The notes under the pieces were generated by a model. It was not told where the DNA came from. It did not search any database and worked only from the letters and a program-made list of their open reading frames with translations. Source: Eledone cirrhosa (Eukaryota). Taken from it: a stretch of DNA of 64,000 bases. The translations under genes were made by a program, and so were the position numbers. This document shows positions 14,707 to 27,811 of the stretch, in pieces; within the stretch, counting starts at the first letter, position 1; each line of letters starts with the position of its first letter. The stretch covers positions 265,360,001-265,424,000 of the forward strand of contig OZ024743.1 in the NCBI GenBank assembly GCA_964016885.1, given 5' to 3'.

Positions 14707-15066
14707 TACATATACAGAAGCCATTTCTGTATTAAATTTGTTGTTTACACTTTGTTAATATATTGAGTTTCTTACTATGGCTACCCGCGAATGAACCCGG
14801 GACTCACACTCACACACTCACATATATATATGTGTGTGTATGCGTGTGTTTATATAAATATATATATTTGTAAATGAGTGTTCGGTACATCAATATAAAT
14901 ATAGTGGAGTAGACAGTTAAACAAATGATGAAGTGGTCACCTGACCGTTACATACTATTCTGGTTAATAAGAATTACAGAATCGAAATAATCATTATGAA
15001 TTACATAAATGTTAATATACAGATGAACACCCGTCTAACAACTTACTCTCTCCCTCTCTCTCTCCC

Positions 15067-15103
<37 letters not shown>

Positions 15104-15305
15104 CTGCGCGTGTATGTGTGTGTCTGTGTGTGTAAGTGTGTGTGTGTAATTGTGTGTCTGGTTGTTTGATTGATGTGAAGCAAAGCTGGAAATACATTGC
15201 TTTACATCGTCTACACTGAGGATCATCGATGTGAACTTGGATGTCTGCATGTAATCACTGTCTGGATTTAAATATATAGACATACGTAACCCCCCCCCCC
15301 CACAT

Positions 15306-15373
<68 letters not shown>

Positions 15374-15881
15374 ATATATATAATATAGATATGCATATTT
15401 ATAGGCTTGCGTTCATTTGCTGGAAAATGGCTAATAAAGATGCATGTCACATGTGAATGTGTATGAGTTTAGGCTTTATTGTATGTTCAAAATCTCATAT
15501 AAATATCGATGCACTGTATTTAGAGACGCAGAGAATTCATTTGAATCTATAGTCAAAATAGTCTGATAAGTTTGATAATTGAAATTTATGTTGTTTTGTG
15601 ATTGCTTTTGTTTTCACCCATTTTCACTCATAAGTCTGCTTCCTTGAAATACAGAGGAAAAAAGAAAAATGTTTAAATGAAATCAAAAGAAAAGACGTTT
15701 AGATTTAAGAAATTTTAGATATTTTGAACATGAATTGTTACAAGTGATTAGGTTTGGCTGGTCTACGAATTTCATTTTACTGCGTTTGATTCCCTAATTT
15801 GGTTCTGACCAAATCACTATTAACGGCAAATTTATCTAGTTAGCCTCCTAAGTTAAATATACAGACACACGCACACTCATA

Positions 15882-15961
<80 letters not shown>

Positions 15962-15964
15962 TAT

Positions 15965-16332
15965 AAATATATCTATCTTTTCCGTCATCCCCCCTTACTC
16001 CCACACCATCGTCTTGATTTTTCATTCCCCCTTCCGCTTTTATCATCTACCCAAGTGAAATCTATAAATACCGAAATTGACCAAATTCATCTGACATTCC
16101 TGATGATTTTTATGAATGAAACAGCCCTATTCATGTAAAAGTAATTGCTATATAGAATATATACATTTCTTTTATACCAACGCATCGAGTAACTTTTGTT
16201 ACTTGTAACTTTTTCCTTCAACAATTTATATATATAAATGACTCTTTTTCTATTACCCACTCTACTACCCATAGTATCGAGTACTTAAGTGCCTTTTGGT
16301 CCACCTGGTTCCTTACCACATTTCTTTCGTTA
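15965..16332 (+). mobile_element. pLTR-like solo element with degenerate HHR and tail, in (TA)n
   Basis: TATAAAT at about 16064 and CTGATGA(16100)..GAAAC(16118). Tail 16250-16332 is clearly homologous to 54624-54705. Confidence 0.6.
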
Positions 16333-16595
16333 TATATATATATAAATATATATATAGTTGCAGAAGATATGTTGCTTGTATGTAGTTGTTACATCGTAAT
16401 TTCTTTAGGATAAGTCTATCTGAGCGATCCAAAAGCACGTCCCGTCAGTTGTTTATACCAAGCAAGAGTTGGTGAATAGGAGTGACGGAGTATTTGCTGA
16501 TCAAATCTAAATGCCTGCTGCTATCACTGCATGATAGTTATACATAGCCACCGACATATCCAAATGATTGCATAACTGCACCTATGTTTGCGTAC

Positions 16596-16646
16596 GCATC
16601 TGACGAAGTTAAATATATAAACATATAACAGAAATATATATAATCC
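16596..16646 (+). ncRNA. Hammerhead ribozyme-like motif
   Basis: gcat-CTGACGA-a-gtta...taac-a-GAAAT-ATAT-ATA-atcc. Stem I is imperfect. Confidence 0.5.
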
Positions 16647-16778
16647 AATAAACAATTATGGTCAAATATTATTGTCTTAACAACTCTTATTTGATATATA
16701 TTTGTTCGTCAAATATGAAATTTGTAGAAATTTCAAAGTTGACCATATGCCTCACTATAAATTTCATGTTCGACGACC

Positions 16779-16826
<48 letters not shown>

Positions 16827-17779
16827 CCCAGAGTTACCAAAGAGTATATGGAGGAAAAATAGCGCTCCACATAATGTACAGAGCCGAAATATATTATATG
16901 AATGAGATCAGATCTCAACGTAAATGCATGTTACCTTCATGTTTCAACCTTCAACCAGCATAGGACATAAACATTCTAAATCTGCTAGTATTTTTTATTT
17001 TAATTCTTTCTCCCTATTGTTAGCTCTTTCCTCAATAACTCCCTAAACACGCCTACATGGCACACTCATGTCATTAAGCCATTATTTTATTTTCTCTGTT
17101 TAGACTGTTAATTTTTGTTTCCTTTTACATAGTATATTAACAAATGAATGCATTTCATGGTTCAAATCAGAAAACCCATCATCATGATATCTGCTGTTCT
17201 CAACAGGTTGAATATCACAGATCGCTGGGTATGTACATGGTGGGATTTCCAGTCCCTTCCATTGTGGCTGGTAGTCCATAACAGGATTTGAACTCAGAAT
17301 ACAAAGGACTGGAACAAACACCACAAAAACATCTTATATGGCACTCTGATTCCATCACTCTCCATTCCGCTAGACTGGTTATGTATTTATTGACCTCGAA
17401 AGGTAAAGTTGACTTGGGTGGGCTTTGAACTCAAAACGCAAAGAGCTGGAATAAATGCTGCCAGGAATTTTGTGCGATGCTCTAACCATCATCATTATCG
17501 TTGTTTTTGCGTCAACATTTCTATGTTAGCATGGGTTGGTTAGGACTTGTTGAGGAAATGTTTTACAGCTGGATGCCCTTCCTGACACCAACCATTTTAG
17601 TTATAAATTAGAGATATGGTGTACCTGCTTCTGCTAATTAACAACCTTATCACTATTGATTTTACATGTTTTTTTTTCATGCCAGTATAGGTTACATAGA
17701 AGCTGGAGTGTATCCATGTTTTATGTGGTTTTAAACAACTAAAAATACAAGAAAACCCCCCGCCCCCTCCTCCTCTTTT

Positions 17780-17970
17780 CTAGACAGGACATTGGTCTCT
17801 TATAAGGTTAACCCTTGCTGCTGCTGTTGGTAATCATTTTTGCTTGAGTGGACTGGGGCAATGTGGAATTAAGTAACTTGCTCAAGAACATATGTTGCCA
17901 AGTCTGGAGATGGATCCACAATCTTATGATTGTGAGACCAACTACCTGATCACTAAGCCTTGCAGCTTAA
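17780..17970 (-). mobile_element. Degenerate tRNA-derived SINE
   Basis: Reverse complement resembles 51746-51862 (tgttcttgagcaagttactt central motif, decayed A/B boxes). Confidence 0.5.
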
Positions 17971-18989
17971 CTGTCCTATACATTTTATAAATTTTTGGCT
18001 GTTGGAGAAGGTTACTTTCGATAGAACTTTTTGGAAGGTGTTGCTGAAGACTCTGCCTCACAACCTTCTCAGGAATAAGTGGCTGAAGAAGGAAAAGGTC
18101 AGACTGTTTTCCTGCTAGGTTTTTGTTTATGCATTTTTGTAAACTCAAGAAATTTAGGGACTATTTTTCTAGGACCCTCTGGAAAGCATGTCTGAGGACT
18201 CTACCCCTACAACCCTCTCAGGAATAAGTGGCCAATAAGACAAAACCAAGATGTTTGAACGTTATTTCATGTATGAGACTTATCAGATATAAGGGAGATA
18301 ATAATGTGATAATGCGTTTGAAATATTTCTTGTACAGGAGAAACAACTGTTGGGTCTCTTACTTATATATATATATGTGTGCGTATGTGTGTGAATGTGT
18401 GTGCGTGTGTGTGTCTTTACATACACGCACACAAGGACACATTCACGCACAAACATATTTGTGTATTCTATAATATATAGATGGATGGATGAACGGATAT
18501 TGATGGATGGATGAAAGGATAGATATATAGATAGAACAAAAGAGAGTGGGCGGAGAGACACAGGCGGGACGGTATTTAATTAAATCTCTCGATAGATGCT
18601 GGTTATCTTGTCGGAAAATAGCTAGATGCACAAGTATATAGCTATAGATAGCTGTTGCTCTAACAGTGGCTAAATTGTTGATAACGTTTAGTAAAAAGAG
18701 AAAAAGAGGGATAGTTAGGCAAGTAGATATCAAAATATCATTTCACAGAACAATCTAGCACAAATTGGTAGTGAAGTGACATTTTTTTGTTATAAAATTG
18801 GCTGACTAATCACACACTAGCTTTTTTCTATCTTTTCCCCTCATCTATCTTTAAGTCTTCTACTTCTCAATTTTCTTCATGTTGACTAACGTTCGTAACG
18901 TTACGATTCTGTTCCTAATATATGAAACGTTAAACTAATAAATATCATTAATGTACTGTATTGTTCGACCGTGTAGCATTGTGTGTGTG

Positions 18990-19078
<89 letters not shown>

Positions 19079-19123
19079 CGATGGTGTTTCTGCAACATTT
19101 CCTTGGTGCATTATAATTTTTGA

Positions 19124-19710
19124 TGTTGTATGGCAGGCCATCCCACAGCTTATCTCGGGTCAAGCGAAGAACGAGACTGGGAGTCTAGCACTTGGAACAT
19201 TGTCAGGGGCTCACAGCCTTCTATCAGCCGGATAATGCGGTCAGTGGAGAGTTAACTCGTGTACTATAGAAGATTGGTGGCTAAGTGCGAGGGCGCTCTC
19301 GGATAGGCTCTGGGCATCGACGAAATAGAACTGACAAGTCTCTTCTGGAGGACTAACGAGCCGGGGACTAAGGATAACTTCCAGAAATCACTCGCTTGGC
19401 AGTACTACCGAGAGAACTGCCGGTTCGAGATAAACTCTTCAGGCACTGAAGTGAGTCAGACGGACCTGTCAGAGATGTGTGCAGAACGACGCAACCGTTC
19501 TGCATGCACTCGTCCAGTGACCGTGAATGAGGACTTATGCCGAACAGCTGTTATCGCGAATTCGACCGATCCGGCTTTCGGCCGAGTCCTTAGTGAAATC
19601 GCCCGCCACCTTGTTTTGGCAGTTTTCCTCTGCCTGGTGGCGGTATGGAAAGAGGTTGTGTGATGTACGAGGTTGAATGGACTGAAAACACACATTTTTC
19701 TCTACAACCA
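19124..19710. mobile_element. Possible solo LTR
   Basis: GC-richer 590-bp island beginning tgttgta and ending near tacaac. No TSD or PBS was seen. Confidence 0.35.
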
Positions 19711-19951
19711 ATCTCTCATCAACGTTTTCAAATTATACTTGGAAAGGAAAGTGAGGTTTGAGTGGCAAGTGCTGTTCACCAGTACACTAAATGTGGGTGA
19801 ATGTAACTATAATTGTATTGTTTAGTATTATTGTTTTTTTATATATTGTTTACACGATTTTTCTGTAAAATAGCCACTGTCTCTGTCTTTTGCATTGTGC
19901 CTTATATGTCGGCCTTTGTTACCAAAACAGAAATTATTATTATTATTATTA

Positions 19952-21735
19952 CAGTTGCATTTATCTTGGTTTATGTTCATACGAGTTATCACCAAGTCAA
20001 AACCAGTGACCTCAAGAGACAACAAGGTCCGCCATGTTCAAGAAAGCACATACATACACACACATCCATATTTAGGTGTTTAGACTTGTGATGTACTTAT
20101 ATTGACAGAATCTTACTTAGTATATGGACAGTTCCAATTTGTAATATCTTTTGTATTTCTCCTATACGCGGGTTTCCTGGGATTTGAGATAATGTATCAT
20201 TAGAGCCCTTAGGTAACATTTCTAGACCGCCTACAATCACTGGTATTGTTTTAGTTCTCAATTTCCACATTTTTCCAATTTCTATCTCCAGGTCCTTATA
20301 CTTGCTCAATTTTTTCAAATGTTTTTATAAATACATTCTTGTCTATTGGAACGGACATATCATTTAGCAGACATACCCTCTTTTTAAAGTCCTTCAGTAT
20401 TATATCAGGTCTATTTGCATCTATTTTTCGGTGTGTTTTGATGCTAAAGTTCCACAAAATTGAGATCTGATCTTTTTCAAGTACGGGAGATGGTTGATGC
20501 TCCCACCAATTCTTTTGATGGGGAAGGTCAAAATGCTTACACATTATCCAATGTATGTATTGTGCAGCTCTGTCATGCCTGTTTAGGTATTCGGTTGGAG
20601 CTATAGGACTGCACATTGAAATTACATGATCAATGGTCTCTGGTTGTTTTTTACATACACGGCATAATGGGTTGCATCCATTTTTTATTATGTTGGCTTG
20701 GTAATTTTTTGTTGGCAGACACTGATCTTGTGCTGATATAATCACTCCTTCAGTCTCCGATTTCAGTCCAGAGGATGCCAACCACTGATGGGTTAAAATG
20801 TTGTCAACATCAGGATTGTTAGCTCTTTCTGGGTATTTTCAATACAGAGGCTTCTCTTGTCATTTCTTAGCCAGTTTCTGTAGCAGTTCTTTCTTTGCAG
20901 TTACTTTTACCTGCTTTGCTTTTCCTGTGTTTTCCATTTCAGCAGTAAATGGGACTTCTGAAATGTGTAGTCCATTACTGTATCTTTGTGCATCGTTTGT
21001 AATGGAGTATGATCTGTTGATGCTTTCGTGTTTCAAAACGAGTTTCATCATCCAATCATGTGATTCCTTTAGATATGTAGATAATCCAATTGTTACAGTT
21101 TTCAACGCAATATCTAACTGGATTAACCCACGTCCTCCTACTTTCCTAGGGAGATATATTCTATCTGTATCTGCCTTAGGGTGATGCGTTCTGTGCATGG
21201 TTAAGAATTTTTTATTTCTTGTATCGAGCCTACGGATCTCTGTGCTTGACCAGTTGATGACATTGTAACTGTAGGTTATTACTGGTATGGCAAGCGTGTT
21301 TATGGCATCGATCCTATTCCTTGCATTCAATTCCGTTCTTAAGATTGCTCTTACTCTGTGGTAACATTCCTTCTTTATCCTTTCCCCCATTGTCGAGTGC
21401 TTGATTCCGTCTCCTTCACAAACATCTAGATATTTGTAAGTTTCCCTTTGATCAAGTTCTCTTATCACATTCCCCCGATCAAGATTTGGTGCATGTATCT
21501 AGTCCAAACTCCATTTTAATGTCATCACTGAACTGTTCCACAGTGGATAAGAGCCCTTGCAAATGTTCATCATTTTTTGCAAATAGTTTCCGGTCATCCA
21601 TGTAGAACAAGTTATTAATGGTTTTGTCATAGACTTTATATCCATGTTTTGTTTCATTGAGCATTTTACTTAAGGGTATAAGCGCGATGCAGAATAAAAG
21701 CGGTGATAAAGAGTCACCCTGAAAAATTCCACAAT
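19952..21735 (-). mobile_element. R4/Dong-like non-LTR retrotransposon (RT + CCHC + REL endonuclease), 5'-truncated, frameshifted
   Basis: GIFQGDSLSPLLF, FYMDD, CRVC..ETIDHVISMC, RHDR, RPDIILKD, KYKDL. 3' (TAA)n tail at 19933-19951. Confidence 0.9.
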
Positions 21736-21749
21736 TATTATTATTATTC

Positions 21750-24420
21750 TTTGAGTCTCAGTCATTGATGTTATTTAACTGGAAAGTTTGTTGAAATGAA
21801 TATCAAGCCATTACCTGCAGCCTCAGATATTCAGGACGTATCGGAGGGTTCTCGCTGTTCCCAGCAAGCATGCCTTTTGAAGTGTTCCAAAAAGCGGGGC
21901 TGGACAAATTTCTTTAACCATACTTGAAAACTCTTTGCTATAGTATCAAATGCGCCGATGACAATCGGGACCAATCTAACTTCATGGCAGTTCCAAATCC
22001 TTTTTACCTCCCACTTTAAGTCCTGGTATCGGGTACTTTTCTCCCTCTCCTGCTCTTGTACTCTCGTGTCGAATGGGCAGGCTGCATCTACAATCAGGCA
22101 CGATCTTCTTTCCGTGTCCAAAACCACCAGGTCAGGTCTATTGTGTTCCAGTTTTTTGTCCGTCTGTATCCTAAAATCCCACAGCACCTTCACCTGATCG
22201 TTTTCTATCATCGACTCTCGCTTATGCTCATACCACTTCTCAGAATGTGGTAAATTGTTTACTTTGCATAGGTGCCATCAGATCATGTCTCCAGCCTTTA
22301 TAGTGAGTCTGGGCTAGATGTTTACACTCGGATACAATGTGAGCCACAGTCTCCTCTCTCTCTCCACTGATCCTACACAGTGGGCTAGCCTCCTCCTTGT
22401 AAATATGGTGTTTCACTAACTTCGTTTTGAGGGCCTTCTCTTGCGCAACCATTACCATTGCTTCTGTAGCCTTTTTAAGGTCTCCTCTTTTCAACCAGTT
22501 CCATGTGTGGGGATCTCTGAATTCAGTTTTCTCAAAGAAGGTACTATGAAGGTATTTTTCATGAAGGTTGCTCTTGTTATTTCCCACTTGGGCATCCCCT
22601 GGTCTATTGTCTTTGAGCATTGGCTCCCGACTGTTAGTCACATATTTGTGCAGATTGATTTCTCCATCTCAACACAGTCATCTATGCTGATAAGACCTCT
22701 TCCACCTTCAGATCTCTTTAAGTAGAGTCTATCGACATCACTCCTCTTGTGGAACATGTTGTAGATAGTCAATAGCTTCCTCGTCTTCCTATCCATTTCT
22801 TTTTGTTCAGCAACATTCCATTTCAGAATTCCCACACTGTACCTAATAATAGACACAACTCGGGAATTCACTGCACTTATGACATTCCTACTATTTAGAT
22901 GTGGATTGTGATTTTAATACACTCCTTACTCTCCTAATGTACTCAGATCTTATCAATTCCTCAATTTGTTGTTGTTGTTCATGTCATCTGCCATCAGAAC
23001 ACCTAAATATTTGTATTCTCCCTTAGTGTCAATTTCCTTTATCATCTCACCTGTTGGTACCTGGATTCTGCTCAATTTACCACTCTTCATCACTAGGACT
23101 CCACACTTACTAATACCAAATTCCATACATATATCATTGCTGAAAATACGGACAGTGTCAACAAGTACATCCAACTCCTTCTCACTCTCCCCCAAAGAGT
23201 TTAATAGGTGGTTGATGGTAAGCTTTTGCCAACTTGTATCCTGGTTTCACTTTTCTCAATATAATGGTCAGAGAATCAGGGCAAGGACAAACAGCAGAGG
23301 GGACAAACTATCTCCCTGGAAGATGCCTCTCTTGATCTTCACGCTTCCCAAGGATTCTCCACCCGATGTTAACTCTGTTTCCCAGGACTTCATACTTTTG
23401 CTCAACAACTGTCTGATGTTATCTGTCTGATGTTATCAGGCTTTTGTTGATCCAATAATGAGGCACCATGTCAAATGCCTTTTGTAGTCTCTCCATCCCA
23501 TGGCAAGACCAGTGTGTCTCCTCTTGCAATTCCTCATTACCATCTTATCAATAAGTGACTGGTCCTTTGTACCACGTGACTTCTTTCGGCATCCTTTTTG
23601 TTCGTCCGGTAACAAGTTGTTTGTGTGGAGGTGATGGTAGATTTCCTCAGACATAATGCTTGTCAACAGTTTCCACATTACGGACAGACATGTGATAGGT
23701 CTATAGTTGGTAACATCATTACCCTTGATTCGGTCTTTCATTATCAGAACTGTGGTACCTTTTGTAAACCACTCTGGTACCTCACCTGACATCAAGCAGT
23801 CATTGAACATGGTTGTCAGTTTCGGGTGGAGGGATGTTATGTTTTTAATCCAATAACCCTGCACACCATCTGGGCCAGGTAATTTCCAGTTGGTTAGTTT
23901 TTTGGCCTGCCCCTTAAGAGTTACAACTGTGATACTCAAATCAGTTTGTTGGCGTGCCTGTTCACTGATCTCCTTCTGTACTGTCTCAATCCACACTGCC
24001 TGGTCATTATGTTTAACATCCTGCTCCCACATTCCTCTCCAGAATGGTTTAGTTTGTTCCGCCACAGGGATCAAGTCGTTGCCTCTTTCTTTCCCTTCAA
24101 GCTGTCCAAACAGCATCCTCTGGTTGTTGTCGAACATGCGTTTCTGTCTATACTGACTGACTCTGTTCTCGTATCGCCTGATTTTTGCACTTTTTGCTAC
24201 AATGCGTTGCTTCAGTTCCTCTATGATAATATTTAGCATTTTCCTCCTAGTTTTGTACTTTATTTCTAGTCTATTTTTACTGTCTATGTTTTTTAGTGTC
24301 CCATTCAGTAGGGACTCAAGCTTTCCAATGTCATTTCTCATTTCCCTGATTTGACCACTCAGTCGTTTCTTCCACCAAGGCTCTGCTCTTTCTTGTCTGT
24401 TGTTTCCTCTCGCTTTTATA
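21750..24420 (-). mobile_element. Second R4/Dong-like non-LTR retrotransposon, 5'-truncated, degenerate
   Basis: PGPDGVQGYW, NYRPITCL, EQKGCRKKSRGTKDQ, ETVAHIVSEC, WRHD, RPDLVV, RYQDL. Flanked by (TAA)n at 21735-21748 and 24427-24521. Confidence 0.9.
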
Positions 24421-24426
24421 CTATAT

Positions 24427-24433
24427 AATATAA

Positions 24434-24521
<88 letters not shown>
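24427..24521. repeat. (TTA)n microsatellite
   Basis: Direct observation. Confidence 0.95.
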
Positions 24522-27350
24522 ACTGCTGGCAAATATTGCTCGCTTCTGTAATGATCGAATATATTATGGCTTGCATCCGCTTATCTTTACTGAAAGAACA
24601 GATAAAACAGCTGCAATCAATAATCAATATCTTCATTGCTTTTACCATTCCGTTAACGAATACTCGTAATTCTATTGAATTAAGAAATATGTTTTCCTTT
24701 TTGTATGTGTATATCTCTGCATGTGTCTACGTCTCTCTATTGCCATATAAGTGAGTCTTTGTGCGTGCGTCTATGTCTTACATTGGACTGTCTGTGCCTG
24801 AGTATGTGTACGTATTTTGTTGAGTTCATCTTCTTTACATTTTTTTTTATCTTAGCAGCTTTTGTTTCGCAACTGATTTTAAAATTTCCACTAATTGTCA
24901 CGAAATGTCGACACCAAAAATATTTCATGCTTCATTAACAGATATTTTTTAGTGGGAATTTTTGTTGTTCTTTCTTTTGATAGAAACAAAATATAACATA
25001 ATAAATTTCAATGGAAATGATAAATAGAAAAATAAAAAACAATTAAAAGGAATTTAAGTCTCTTCTTCGACAAAACCCACCAAAATCAAACAAAAACAAA
25101 TATAAAATTAAAGCCCAAACTGAAATAGAGACATGTTTTAAATAGCGGGAATGGGAATACTTAAATTTGCGGAAGATTTTATTAAATCTGATGCTCTTTT
25201 CTTCATTTTTTTTCTTACACTTTAGGAAACATAAATCAATGTAGAATGCAGAATCGTTCGTAGAGTCTTAAAGTATATTCTTTTCTGGGCTGTAGCAAAT
25301 GTGAGAAATTTTCAATCAACTAATCCCATCTAAAACTATCTTTTCACTACACTAATTCACTAATGCAAGATTGGGAATTTGAGTTGCTTTGATTAAAATC
25401 TTAACATTTTTATTCGTTAATTTACTGTTTCTTATGATTAATATTAATATTCACCTCCACCCCAAACACACACCACCCCACAATTTTGGTATCTTTTTTT
25501 TTTAAGTGGAGTATAAAAGAAATACAATTAAATATTAAAGGAGTGACAGTTATTCATTACAATTTTCATTATGAAACAATAAACTACGAAAACAAAAAAT
25601 CTGAAAGAACGAACAATACGAAATCTCTTAACAAATGTAACAAATAATCTCTTAAATTCCTTGATAACGGATTGGAAACATAAAGCTCAGTTAGAGAAAG
25701 AAATCAAGAAATAATACTCTGATTATCTGTCATCTTCTACAGATTATATTTCATTGTATATTTACTACCTGTTTTATAGTGTGTTGATCACGTGTTATAA
25801 TATCTGGAGATGTGATAGCCATCTATCATTTTTAAAATGTTTTTTTTTTTACTTACTTGGTGGGTCATGGCTTTCTAATTTTTTTTTTTTATAAAACCGT
25901 GGTAATCGTATTTTTCATTTTTTGTTTATAATCAATACTGGGTAGAGCGTCAAACAAAACAGACTTTTCTGTTGTTTGTTCCTGCGTACTGAGTTCAAAA
26001 TTCGACAAGTTCAACTACATAGGATAATTGCCAGAGTGTACTTCAAATGTAAAGTTTCCAGAATATTGTTAGAGGTGTGACTATGTCAGATATAATTGTA
26101 GCGAAGTCGAGTAACAGCTACAAAGAGCAGAAAAAAACGGCAGAAGAATAACAAAAAAATTCAAATAACATACACACACACTCACACACATTTACACAGA
26201 CACCACATGCAAAACAAACACAGACACACCCATAACAACACTTACAGCATCAACAGCACAACCACCCTCCAAAAAAACTCGTACAGTCAGAACAAAAATC
26301 TCACAGGCAACAAATGTTGTGCTAATAAGAAGGGCTGACTGATGGCCTCCATAGCCCAAAGTGATCAAATTGAGAAAGGCGGTTTAATTTTTGTCACCAG
26401 CAACCGGAAAGTGCCAGTGTCAGTGATGGTGCAAATGTCTCCATAGATATACAAAAACATTAGGGAGAGCTTTCCGGAAGATGTAGGATCCCAAAATGTA
26501 AAAGAGACGATAAGGTTTTTAAAGGGGTTCCCACAAGAACACACATTGGATGTGGAGATGAAACCATCTGATCTCCAACATAGCTTTTCATCAACCTGCC
26601 AACATCACGGTTATAAGAGTAGGCTGTTTAAATTTTCGTGATCTGAGGTCGTCCTGAAACTTGCTGAATGACCCCAGGTCACTAGATGTGTAAGGACTGG
26701 ATCTTGAGGTAAAGACGATCTTCCTCGAACCTGACCGTAGGTTGGTGTTCCTGGACGTGAGCAACATTGAAGGTGGTGTTGTTTGGCTGGTGGCCGTCTC
26801 GCTCCGTATGGGGCTGGCCGGCTGGATTTCTTTAGACGCTCAGAAGCCTTTTACAATTTTCAGGGGAATGGAACGGCGTCTTACACGCGCGCTGGGGTTG
26901 TGCGGGAGTAGCTGATAGTGGCTGGGGGTATAAAAGCCACATAGTTCCAATTGCCTCACAGGTACCGATTAGATTTTCCGAATGCGCCAGTGTGGGCTTA
27001 GATCATGTATAGATAGGTTTTCCGATATCACAGCAGTTATAGGTTATCACAGCAGTTATAGGTTATCCACATTTCCGAACAGTCTCCTATTCAGATCACA
27101 AATTTGTGATCTGCATGGGTGAGTTAGATAGAAGATGTTGGCTACAACCTGGTGACTGGATGCTCAATACGGCATTCACGGTGCGTAAAGGCTACAGAGA
27201 CAAGGCAACCGCTTTAGTTAAGTGTAAGTTGACAAGGGCGGAGTGGTGTCACTAGGTGAGGGGTTAGAGTAGTTTCAACAAGTTTTAATAAAGAAGTGGC
27301 GATAGAAAAATGGGAAATGAACGAGAGAACGAAAGTTGGACCTCACGAGC

Positions 27351-27453
<103 letters not shown>

Positions 27454-27692
27454 TGAAACAAAATGAAAACGAAATTTCATTTCTCACTCTTAGTATGGCA
27501 CTTACTTAAATGTAAGTATGCATGTATACGTACATACATATATGTATACAGACGTACAGTAGCATGCACATATATATATATATATATATATACATATATA
27601 TATACATATGCATACAGGTACACATACATATATGCACGTATCAGTTTAGCGGCGCTAACGTCGCTTTGTTCGTTTGTAAACAAACTGAACAG

Positions 27693-27785
<93 letters not shown>

Positions 27786-27811
27786 GGGGGAGAGATGTAT
27801 ATGTGTGTGTG

